The notes under the pieces are model-generated. The model did no database searches and was not told the DNA's origin. It saw only the letters and a list, made by a program, of their open reading frames with translations. The position numbers and the translations under genes are program-made. Below are positions 26,871-40,460 of a stretch of 64,000 nucleotides of DNA, piece by piece (position 1 is the first letter of the stretch; the number at the start of each line of letters is the position of its first letter). The DNA is from Octopus vulgaris (taxonomy: Eukaryota). Where the stretch lies: assembly GCA_951406725.2 (NCBI GenBank), contig OX597814.1, positions 29,946,001 through 30,010,000 on the forward strand, in the 5' to 3' direction.

Positions 26871-28292
26871 TACAGAGGTATCAAGCTGTTGGATCAGGTA
26901 ATGAAGGTTACGGAGAGGGTCTTAGCCCAACTAATTAGAGAGAGAGTTAGTTTAGATGAGATGCAGTTTGGGTTTGTCCCAGGGAAAAGCACCACTGATG
27001 CTATATTCCTGGTAAGGCAGCTGCAGGAGAAATACCTAGCCAAGGATAAGCCCCTGTACCTGGCTTTTGTTGACATGGAGAAAGCCTTTGATAGGGTCCC
27101 CCGATCCCTCATCTGGTGGTCAATGAGGAAACTAGGGATAGATGAATGGCTGGTGAGGGCTGTGCAAGCCATGTACAGAGATGCCGTAAGTAAGGTTAGA
27201 GTTGGCAACATGTACACAGAAGAATTCAAAGTAGAGGTTGGGGTCCACCAGGGTTCAGTACTCAGCCCCCTCCTATTTATCATAGTCCTCCAGGCAATAA
27301 CGGAGGAATTCAAGACAGGTTGCCCCTGGGAGCTCCTCTATGCTGACGACCTCGCTCTAATCGCTGAGTCACTATCAGAACTGGAGGAGAAGTTCCAGGT
27401 GTGGAAGGAGGGTTTAGAATCGAGGGGCCTTAGAGTCAACCTAGCTAAAACCAAAGTACTAATAAGTAGAAAGGTAGAAAACCCACAAATATCATCAGGA
27501 AGATGGCCCTGCTCGATCTGTAGAAAAGGTGTAGGTAGAAACTCTATAAGATGTACCCAGTGTAAGCTATGGACACATAAGAGGTGCAGCAATGTCAAAG
27601 GTAGGCTAACTGGGAAGATAGTTTTTGTATGTGGCAGGTGCTCTGGAGCACTGACCTCCGAAAATCTGCAGAAAACAACTTCTGTCACTTTCCGGGGGGA
27701 AAAACTAGAAGTAGTTGATAGTTTCCGCTATCTAGGTGACCAAGTCAGTAGTGGGGGTGGGTGCGCTGAAAGTGTAACTGCTAGAATAAGAATAGCCTGG
27801 GCAAAGTTTAGGGAGCTCTTACCTCTGCTGGTGACTAAAGGCCTCTCGCTCAGAGTAAAAGGCAGACTGTATGATGCATGTGTACGAACAGCTATGCTAC
27901 ATGGCAGTGAAACATGGGCCGTGACTGCTGAGGACATGCGTAAGCTCGTGAGGAACGAAGCCAGTATGCTCCGATGGATGTGTAATGTCAGTGTACTTAC
28001 TCGACAGAGCGTTAGTACCTTGAGAGAAATGTTGTACCTAAGAAGCATCAGTTGTTGTGTGCAAGAGAGACGATTGCGCTGGTATGGTCATGTGGCGAGA
28101 ATGGATGAAGAGAGGTGTGTGAGAAAGTGCCAATCCCTAGCAGTTGAGGGAACCCGTGGAAGAGGTAGACCCAGGAAAACCTGGGACGAGGTGGTGAAGC
28201 ACGACCTTCGGACGTTAGGTCTCACCATGGAAATGACTAGAGACCGAGACCTATGGAAGTATGCTGTGCGTGAGAAGACCCGGCAAGACTAG
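26871..28292 (+). CDS. RTE ORF2 reverse transcriptase fragment (473 codons, endonuclease missing) with an inserted PHD-type finger
   Basis: Motifs YRGIKLL, QFGF, FVDMEKAFDRV, GVHQGSVLSPLLF, YADD (27339-27350), FRYLG, RRLRWYGHV, RGRPRKTW. The listed ORF start at 26520 is read-through of unrelated DNA. Confidence 0.9.
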   Translation, partial: YRGIKLLDQVMKVTERVLAQLIRERVSLDEMQFGFVPGKSTTDAIFLVRQLQEKYLAKDKPLYLAFVDMEKAFDRVPRSLIWWSMRKLGIDEWLVRAVQAMYRDAVSKVRVGNMYTEEFKVEVGVHQGSVLSPLLFIIVLQAITEEFKTGCPWELLYADDLALIAESLSELEEKFQVWKEGLESRGLRVNLAKTKVLISRKVENPQISSGRWPCSICRKGVGRNSIRCTQCKLWTHKRCSNVKGRLTGKIVFVCGRCSGALTSENLQKTTSVTFRGEKLEVVDSFRYLGDQVSSGGGCAESVTARIRIAWAKFRELLPLLVTKGLSLRVKGRLYDACVRTAMLHGSETWAVTAEDMRKLVRNEASMLRWMCNVSVLTRQSVSTLREMLYLRSISCCVQERRLRWYGHVARMDEERCVRKCQSLAVEGTRGRGRPRKTWDEVVKHDLRTLGLTMEMTRDRDLWKYAVREKTRQD

Positions 28293-28552
28293 TGAAGCCA
28301 TAATCCGTGGCCCCTACCTGGGACGTAGTCAGTCCACCTGTGCATACCTTCCTTCTTGTGACACTTGTGAAGACCTGTTGAGGCAAGTGAGAATCGAATC
28401 GTATCAAATCAAATCGAACCAAATCAAAATAGATGAACATCAATGGAATTTGTATCCTTGTGGTACCAGTGCCGGTGGCACATAAGAAAACCATCCGAAC
28501 GTGACCGTAGCCAGTACCGCAATGACTGGCCTCCGTGCTGAGGGCACGTAAC

Positions 28553-28930
28553 AAACACCATCCGAGCATGGCCGTCCGCCAGCCTCGTCTAGCACCTGTG
28601 TCGGTGACACATAAGAAAACACCATCCGAGCGTGGCCGTCTGCCAGCCTCGTCTGGCACCTGTGTCGGTGGCACATAAAAAACACCATCCGAGCGTGGCC
28701 GTCTGCCAGCCTCGTCTGGCACCTGTGTCGGTGGCACATAAAAAACACCATCCGAGCGTGGCCGTCTGCCAGCCTCGTCTGGCACCTGTGTCGGTGGCAC
28801 ATAAAAAACACCATCCGAGCGTGGCCGTCTGCCAGCCTCGTCTGGCACCTGTGTCGGTGGCACATAAAAAACACCATCCGAGCGTGGCCGTCTGCCAGCC
28901 TCGTCTGGCACCTGTGTCGGTGGCACATAA
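28553..28930 (+). repeat. 63-bp tandem array (6 units) in the RTE 3' UTR
   Basis: CACCATCC recurs at 28556, 28620, 28683, 28746, 28809 and 28872. The last five units look identical. Confidence 0.95.
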
Positions 28931-29109
28931 AATCACCCACTACACTCTCGGAGTGGTTGGCGTTAGGAAGGGCATCCAGCTGTAGAAACACTGCCACATC
29001 TGACTGGCCTGGTGCAGCCTTCGGGCTTCCCAGACCCCAGTTGAACCGTCCAACCCATGCTAGCATGGAAAGCGGACGTTAAACGATGATGATGATGATG
29101 ATGATGATC

Positions 29110-29325
29110 TGCATGTGTGTGTGCATGTGTCTCCCTCACCGTTTAACAACTGGTGTTGGTTTGTTTATATTCTCATAACTGAGCAGTTTGGCAAAAGTGA
29201 CTGATAGAATAAGTACCAGACTTAGAAAAATAAATACTGGGGTTGATTTGTTCGACTTAACCTTTCAAGACAGTGCTGAAGCCTGGCCACAGTTCAATGA
29301 CTGAAAGAAGCAAAAGATAAGAGAA
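29110..29325 (+). mobile_element. 3' half of an old SINE A (5' part at about 26770-26845)
   Basis: GGCAAAAG...GATAGAATAAGTAC...GGCCACAGTTCAATGACTGAAA. Confidence 0.7.
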
Positions 29326-29628
29326 AGAGTTAATAAAAAGTTGGCCTTATGACTAGGTAAAAGAAATCAAATATAATAACCTTTTTTAATTTCAGTAATC
29401 ATTTTATATAATGGCTAAACAAAAGAAATTCTTATCAAACTGTTATGTTACTCATTATAATTTGAGATCTTTATTATTAATTTGAGGAAACCTCTGCACT
29501 GTACTTGAACATTTGAAGTGAAGGTTTTTTGTTTAGTGAACTAATAATGACTGTAGCCGCTTGAGGTCCTGCTGCTTTATGCTGTATCCCATAATGTTAA
29601 GAGTTTTAGTACACAATGACATAGGTCA

Positions 29629-29667
<39 letters not shown>

Positions 29668-29760
29668 TATGAACAAATGTAAGTTATAATAGCTAAAGGC
29701 TTGTCTTTGTTATCTTTTCCATTTCTCACTTCCTTTACAACTTTCTCTTACACATTTTAA

Positions 29761-29965
29761 CCCTTTCATTACTGTATTTATTTTGAAATGCTGTTTCTTT
29801 CAATTACTTTAAACATAACAAAGAATGTAGTAAAATAACTTAGTTATCATTCAGCTAGTGTTAGGAACATATATTGTGCTTAAGGATTGGTGGAAAATTT
29901 TAATTCCAAACTTATGAAAACACTCAGAGCCAGAGCCGGTTTCAGCTGGGTTGGTAATGAAAGGG
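29761..29965. mobile_element. piggyBac-like MITE family 1
   Basis: TTAA|CCCTTTCATTAC ... GTAATGAAAGGG|TTAA, perfect 12-bp TIRs. Confidence 0.88.
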
Positions 29966-30224
29966 TTAATATAAGTGTTAACATCTTTGGTACTTTCCCC
30001 TTATACTTTCTTCTTAACTTAGAAACTTTAGAGTGAAGATTTAAAAGAAATCCTGATTTCACTTTTATACATGAATTTAAACACTTTAATTTGATATTGG
30101 CATATAAGTTTTTACAGGTTTTAATAATTGGCTTACAAACATGCTGAAATACCATTATCAGGGGTTTTTTTAGTTGAGCATATTGACCTTAGTACTTGCT
30201 CCAGTCTGGTACTTATTATATTTT

Positions 30225-30465
30225 GGAGGTGCATGGTTTAGTGGTTAGGGTGTTGCACTCATGATTGTATGACTGTGATTTCAGTTGCTGGACTGGATGA
30301 TGCTTTGTGTTCTTGAGCAAAACTCTTCATTTCATGTTGCTCCAGTCCATTCGGCTGGCAAAAATTGGTAATTCTGCAATGAACTTTTGTCCTGTCCAGT
30401 GGTGAGTATATACACCACAGAATCTGGAAAACTGTCCTTATGAGCTTATGGCTTGAGAAGAACTT
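30225..30465 (+). mobile_element. Degenerate tRNA-SINE family C (relative at 56790-57030)
   Basis: A-box-like TGGTTTAGTGG. The block TGTGT(T/C)CTTGAGCAA...G(C/T)TCCAGTCCA is shared with 56800-56850. Confidence 0.55.
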
Positions 30466-30484
30466 TCGATCTTTTTTTTTTTAC

Positions 30485-30857
30485 TTATTACCTCCACCTT
30501 AGTGAAGGTGAAGGTATTGATTTCAGTTGTGCTTGTCTGTTTGTTTGTCCATGGACAAGATATCTCAAGAACCGCTGGATGGATTCAGATGAAACTTTCA
30601 GGGATATTTGGCCTCATGACTGGCACAAACTGATTAGATTTTGAGACTGGTCTGGTACTGGACAAGGATTCAGAGTTATTTTTCCGTTTTTTTTTTACTT
30701 AATTTTTGAGAGCGGTTGGGTTCATTTTTAGCATTCTCATTTGTGAGAGCAGTTGAGTTTATTTCAGATATTCTCATTTTAAAAATCATCTCTGGCTAAT
30801 CGTTGAGAGGACGTTGGTGTTGCCTTGGCGGAGGTTTGTGCTCTCTGAGTGCTCATT
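30485..30857 (+). mobile_element. Helentron-associated non-autonomous element (HINE/DINE-like)
   Basis: 5' hairpin TACCTCCACCTT-AGTG-AAGGTGAAGGTA, (GTTT/GTCT)n, 3' subterminal CCTTGGCGGAGGT, then the hairpin GTGCTCTCTGAGTGC. Confidence 0.7.
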
Positions 30858-31002
30858 ATATTTGGTTTCTATCAAATGGGTAGGTTACCTTTTGGCATAA
30901 AGGGAAGCACCTCAGCACACTATTTTACATAGGTGTATATATATACATACACACAGAAACACATTCTGATATACACACACATACACATATATAAATATAC
31001 TG

Positions 31003-31191
31003 TTCCACTCTAGGCACAAAGCCCGACATTTTTGGGGAAGGGGGCCAGTCGATTAGATCAACCGCCGTATACAACTGGTACTTAATTTATTGACCCAGAA
31101 AGGATGAGAGGCAAAGTTGACCTTGGTGGAATTTGAACTCAGAACGTAAGACAGATGAAATACAGCTAACGTTTCTTCCAGCTCGCCGCCT
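31003..31191 (-). mobile_element. SINE family B variant with an alternative tail
   Basis: Same head and central block as 18677 but a different 3' end. About 30 bp deleted in the head. Confidence 0.8.
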
Positions 31192-31512
31192 TACGTATAT
31201 AAATATGTACAAACACAGGTATGTACATGATATGCTTCTGCATAATTTCTATCAAATTTTACTCTCAAGGCGTTAGTTATCCTGAGCCACAGCAGAAGAT
31301 GCTTGCCCAAGGTGCTATGCAGTGGGCTCAGATTTGGAATCATCCAGTTGTAAAGAATACTTCTTAAGTATGTGGCTGTACCTATAAATTCTCTACATTC
31401 AACCCTCCATGTTAAACACTTTTTTATGCACATTTTTCTTCTGTCATTACTTTATGAGTTAATTGTGACTTTAGCCTTGTAGCTCAGTATAATGATAAAC
31501 TGTATTTTATTT

Positions 31513-31892
31513 ACATTACTCTTTACTCTTTTACTTGTTTCAGTCATTTGACTGCGGCCATGCTAGAGCACCGCCTTTAGTCGAGCAAATCGACCCCAGG
31601 ACTTATTCTATCGGTCTCTTTTGCCGAACCACTAAGTGACGTAAACACACCAGCATCGGTTGTCAAGCAATGCTAGGGGGACAAACACAGACGCACAAAC
31701 ATATACACACACACTTATGTATATACATATATACGACAGGCTTCTTTCAGTTTCCGTCTACCAAATCCATTCACAAGGCATTGGTCGGCCCGGGGCTATA
31801 GCAGAAGACACTTACCCAAGATGCCACGCAGTGGGACTGAACCCGGAACCATGTGGTTGGTTAGCAAGCTACTTACCACACAGCCACTCCTG
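31513..31892 (-). mobile_element. SINE family A
   Basis: Reverse complement of 61621-62003, with a (TACTCTT)n tail on the plus strand. Confidence 0.9.
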
Positions 31893-33303
31893 ACGGATAT
31901 TTGTTCTCATATTGTTTGTTGTTAACACAATGTTTCGGCTGATATACCCTCCAGACTTCCTCATCTCTTAAATATAGAACTGTATTTTATTTGTCTTCAT
32001 TTTATTCTATACCAATATTTGATTGATCTTTTAAGCCAGTAACAACAATCATTGTTTCTGTGTCCATTTTTACCATGCTGGTATGGGTTAGAAGAAACTT
32101 TATTGAGGCAGATTTTCTTTGGTTAGATACTCTTCTCCTTGTCAGTTTTTACTAGTGAAATGAAAAGTTCATTTCACTAGTAAAAAGCATCATTCCACAG
32201 TGTCACCTACTGGAACTGAACCAAAAATAATGTGGTTGTGAATTAAGCTTCATAGCCAAACAACCATATCTACAAGAAGGGATAATCAGAAGGAAAATGT
32301 AGTGTAAAGTAAAGGAGTTTTTCCTTTCACATGGAGATGAAAATTTGTGAAATTACTTATCTTCCCAACACTCAATGTTTACATTCCAGTGAAGTATTAC
32401 TCTAAATATACTGGACAGTCCCATATTCATTAGTTACTAAGATCTTTGGCTTTAACTAAAATAAATGGAAGTTTTTATTGGAAAATCACCATCTCTCCCT
32501 AAATCTTAATAAAGGGGCCAAGAAAGAAGTGTTCACATTGTAGGCCCTTTAATCCTTTCACTACCTCTCTGTAGATTTGCAATGGTGGAAGGAATTAGAA
32601 AACTTTCTCTTAAAACTATCTTGTGCATCCCGTCTATCCCAATATAATTAAATAGACTAAAAGTCTTATTAGGTTCTCCATGAGCTTCATATTAAAGAGA
32701 CTGGATAGACTTTCAGTTTTAAATTTGGATTTCTTTGGAATTCTTTTTGTGAGTTTATTTGACAACATTCATTAAAAAGCAAAAATGATTTATTAAAAAC
32801 CCCGACAGTCACATCAATTACAGAAAAGCTTTTCATTCTTTGATTTCCTATCTTATTATAGAAAACGAGCTTCTCTTTTCTGGATAAATAGTGATTTATA
32901 TATACAAAAATGAGACGTACACTTGACTTTATTTCTGTTAACATTTTGGTAATTAAAAATTGAGCAAAGCCTTTTTAACTCTCTGTGTGTGTGTGTGTGT
33001 TCATCACTAACATCAGGATGCCAGATTTTCCTGGCTGCGATTGGTTAAAAAGGTTATCATGGATTTAGTCACACTCTTCAACAAATACACATAAATGCTT
33101 GAATTTAAAATCATGAAATAATAAGAAAAAAAAACACTCAATCCATATTGTAGAGTTTATTATTTTTTTTTAAGTTGCAACCAAGAAGGTGATACATGAA
33201 ACTCAGGATAGTGCCTAAGGAAGGTGACATCATCAAATGTATAAATATATATATAATGTTAATTAAATAACAAAAGAATTAGAGTTACATAATTACATTT
33301 ATT

Positions 33304-33383
33304 AGCTTACAGGTGTTTCAGCTATAGGAACATGGCACCTCTTAACAAGTGTCAGTCTTTATTCCCATAGCTTTGTCAGAGCT
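33304..33383 (-). ncRNA. Type I hammerhead ribozyme-like motif (G8A variant)
   Basis: Minus strand: AGCT-CTGACAA-AGCTATGGGAA...TTCCTATAGCT-GAAA-CACCTG-TA-AGCT, giving a 4-bp stem I and an 11-bp stem II. Confidence 0.6.
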
Positions 33384-33519
33384 TGTATGTATGTATGTAT
33401 GTATGTTGTGTGAGTGTATATGTATGTATGTGTATATAATATATATAAGTATATGTATTTATGTGTGTATTGTATATATGTATATACATTAAACAATGAT
33501 GATCATTATATATACATAC

Positions 33520-34258
33520 ATCATCATCATCATCATCGTCGTTTAACGTCCGTTCTCCATGCTAGCATGGGTTGGACGGTTCGACCGGGGTTCTGGGAAG
33601 CCAGAAGGCTGCACCAGGCTCCAGTCTAATCTGGCAATGTTTCTACAGCTGGATGCCCTTCCTAACGCCAACCACTCCGTGAGTGTAGTGGGTGCTTTTA
33701 CGTGCCACCTGCACAGGTGCCATCGGGGCTGGCAACGGCCACGGTCAGATTGGTGTATTTTATGTGCCACCGGCACGGAAGCCAGTCGAGACGGTGCTGG
33801 CATCGGCCACGAGTCGGATAGTGCTTTTTACATACCACCAGACCAGGGATCCTGGCTGGTTCAATTCGATTTCGATTTCGCTTGCCCCAACATGTCTTCA
33901 CAAGCAAAGGGGGTTGGCAAGGGTGCCTGTCGTACGGTCGCATTGGAGTATTTTACGTGCCACGGCCACGAGTCGGATAGTGCTTTTTACGTACCACCAG
34001 ACCAGGGATCCTGGCTGGTTCAATTTGATTTCGATTTCGCTTGCCCCAACATGTCTTCACAAGCAAAGGGGGTTGGCATGGGTGCCTGTCGTACGGTCGC
34101 ATTGGAGTATTTTACGTGCCACGGCCACGAGTCGGATAGTGCTTTTTACGTACCACCAGGCCAGGGATCCTGGCTGGTTCAATTCGGTTTCGATTTCGAT
34201 TTCGCTTGCCCCAACATGTCTTCGCAAGCATGGGGGGTTGGCATGGGTGTCTGTCGTC
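33520..34258 (-). mobile_element. RTE 3' UTR copy with a 159-bp tandem triplication
   Basis: Conserved tail. CGGCCACGAGTCGGATAG recurs at 33804, 33963 and 34122. Confidence 0.9.
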
Positions 34259-34367
34259 GGATACATATATATATACATTATATATATATATATGCACATT
34301 ATATGTATATGTATATATATACATTATATATATATACACACATATATATATGTATATATATATACAT

Positions 34368-34403
<36 letters not shown>

Positions 34404-34569
34404 TATATATGTTTATATATATATATATATCATCATCATCATCGATAATGGTGTGTCTATATGTATGTGTGTGTATATATATGGTGCAGCTTTCCAGCTT
34501 GCTTGCCCTGTTCAAACCGTCCAACCCATGCCAGCATGGACTGCAGATGTTAGATGATGGTGATCATGA

Positions 34570-37707
<3,138 letters not shown>

Positions 37708-37762
37708 ATATATACATATATATATATATGTATGTATATATATATATATATATATATTTATG

Positions 37763-37809
<47 letters not shown>

Positions 37810-38265
37810 CTTGCTCTATCTAGTCTGTGGTTTTAAGATATTAAATGTAAAAAGATTCCTCAAGCAAGTTTTGCTGTGTTATCTACAGTACACCTTTGAG
37901 TAATTCCATGTGCATATGTAAAATAATAGAGGAAATGTGAAGAGGAAATAAAGAAAGAGAGAATCTGTAAGTGTGAACGTATGTGTACATGGAGTTGTGT
38001 GTGTGTGTGTGTGTATGTGTGTTATATCAATAAATAAATTGTTTTTGTTTAAATATTTTGCTTTTGTCCTAGAAAAAAGTTTATTGATCTGTGCAAGCTC
38101 ATTAAGATCCTCCATTGATCAATTATAACCTGAGGAGAGATGAAAATAACCAGAATGATGTGAAAAGCTGGCATTGAACTAAACATTTGCTCTTCCACTT
38201 TGCTCTCCTTACTACTTTATTGCTGCCAACGATAATGATGGCAGATTGTTCTATGATCAATGGCA

Positions 38266-38300
<35 letters not shown>

Positions 38301-39007
38301 CACACACATTTGTATGTGTGTGTGTTTGTGTGAGTGTACCTGAGTAAAGATTGATATTATTACAAAATTTTCTTGGTTGTTTATAGTCTTTCATTTCTGT
38401 CTCATATGATGATATTAACTTTTCTTTCTAACCTCAAGTACATTTATTGCTTTTAAACCAAATACGTGTCTGTGTACATACACACACACATGCGCGGGAT
38501 ATACAGAAATAAGATTTTTCTGTCAAGATCCTTTTGAAAATTTTGCTGTTTCTGTCTAACTGGATATTTATTTACAACATGTCACCATTGATAATGAACG
38601 CTATTTAATAACTTTCATTTCTTTATCTAAATGAAATTCTTTAGTCATTATCCATCTGAATGAATATCTTTGCTGACTTGAAACTTTATTATAGAGTTTA
38701 ACTATAATATATATTAATAAATATAAGCTACAGTTGAATTGAATATTTTCTATGATCGTGACGCCCTTTGTAAAATATAATATATTTGCTTGGGCACATA
38801 TTTGTTTGTGTATCTCTATTTGTGTGCTTATGTATATGTGTGTGTGTAACCTACAGTTTCTTTATTTCTCATCACTGCTTACTGCTGCTACGACTATATT
38901 TGCTCTGACTGGACAGTCTTTGAGTATAAGTTAGTCTCTAATATTAACTGTTCTATTATAAAGCTACGACTTCCTAACCTGCTCAGAGTTGTCTCTCTTT
39001 GGTATCT

Positions 39008-39046
39008 CCTATTGAAGATGGCTAAGGAACCAGAAATGCATCTAGG
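39008..39046 (+). ncRNA. Minimal type I hammerhead ribozyme-like motif
   Basis: CCTA-TTGAAGA-TGG-CTAAGGAA-CCA-GAAA-TGCA-TC-TAGG: stem I CCTA/TAGG, stem II TGG/CCA, palindromic stem III, AUC site, C3U variant. Confidence 0.6.
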
Positions 39047-39594
39047 TGTCTGGTACAGGGCAACACTGAGCAGATAATGTGGTTTTGCATCTTTTACTAT
39101 AAGCAGATATTCTTTCTCGATGGTAAACTGGTGTGAAATTGCCTTTAGAAGTTAAAATATGTCAGAACTAATCCAAAGTTTATTTCTCATCACTGCTTAG
39201 CACCCCCACCCCACAACTACTACTACTATTACCATCACTACTACTACTACTTATCCTTATCCAGAGTCCTTTCTAGACTTACTTTTTAGATAACATCCTA
39301 CTACTATCTTGTCATTCTTCTTTCTTTTCTTGACAACTTTTTGCACAGCAATAACAGCTTGATAACTGTCTCTTTACTGATGTGCCACAGAACATCTACC
39401 TGGCAAGAGACCTGCACCAGAGGCTCCAGTCTTATTCATAATGGTTTTTGTTTAAGTTTAAATTTAACATAAGGCAGCATTCATATAAAGGAAGTAACTT
39501 TTAGGTTACACTGCTACTGGGATTTTTTTTTTCCATATAGCTGTGTTCTTTGTCTTACAAATTACTTGATGAACTTCACTCTATTAGTGTCATG

Positions 39595-39780
39595 AAGAAA
39601 AGCACCATTACTCTCTGTAAAATGGCTGGAACTGGGAAGGGTATTCAGTCATAGAACTATGCCAAAGAAGACATTGGAGCTTGATGCTGTTGTCTGGTTT
39701 ATTGGATCCAGTCAAACCATCCAACCTATGCCGGCATGAGAGATGAACATTAAATACTGATGATGATGTTAATGATGATA
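39595..39780 (+). mobile_element. Older RTE 3' tail
   Basis: AAAAAGCACC...GGAAGGGTATTCAG...CCAACCTATGCCGGCATG...(GAT)n. Confidence 0.7.
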
Positions 39781-40081
39781 TGAACAAACAAATGTATTGC
39801 ATGGTAGTTGTAAATGGGTATCACTGTCATACAAATGGTGTTGTTCATTTCTTATCTTCTGTGAAAACATGTCTGGTCATGGAGAAATATTGCTTTGCTT
39901 GGAAACAAGTAAAGAGTAGTGACAGGAAAAGTATCTGTCCATAAAAAATTCCTTAATGAATTCCATATGATTTCCACTTGGAAAAGTGGATGTTAAAACA
40001 ATTATTATTATTATTGAGTGTGAGAGCAGTGCATGCCATGAAAGTGACCTGTCTGATAAGGGTATCGTCGTCGTCGCTATC

Positions 40082-40087
40082 ATTATC

Positions 40088-40155
<68 letters not shown>

Positions 40156-40178
40156 CATCATTATTATTATTATTATTA
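40082..40178. repeat. (TTA)n microsatellite
   Basis: Seen directly. Confidence 0.95.
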
Positions 40179-40181
40179 AGA

Positions 40182-40408
40182 AGGCAGTGAGCTGGCAGAA
40201 TTGTTAGCACTTTGGCAAAATGCTTTGCAGTATTTCGTCTGTCCTCAGGTTCTGAGTTCAAATGCCACCAAAGTCGATTTTACCTTTCATGCTTTCATGG
40301 GGGTTAATAAATTAAGTACCAGCACACAGGAATTGATGTAATCGACTAGTCCCTTTGCCCAAAATTTCAGGCTTTGTGCTTTTAGTAGAAAGGATTATTA
40401 TTATTATT
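40182..40408 (+). mobile_element. SINE family B variant with a (TTA)n tail
   Basis: GGCAGTGAGCTGGCAGAA...TTCTGAGTTCAAAT...TAAGTACCAG. Confidence 0.8.
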
Positions 40409-40420
40409 GATATTTTACAA

Positions 40421-40460
<40 letters not shown>

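Larger units (their letters stand above)
26871..29108 (+). mobile_element. RTE-clade LINE, 5'-truncated, young
   Basis: Uninterrupted RT ORF, about 800-bp 3' UTR, (GAT)n tail. Flanked by the two halves of an old SINE A. Confidence 0.95.

Noticed and set aside
28237-29066. Repetitive ORFs, and a CRISPR-like reading of the 63-bp array
   Set aside because: A unit length divisible by 3 gives open frames. The units are identical with no unique spacers, there are no cas genes, and the context is a eukaryotic LINE UTR.
39877-40261. Poly-Ile/Asn/Leu ORFs, and the poly-Pro/Ile ORF at 41475
   Set aside because: Trinucleotide microsatellite artefacts.
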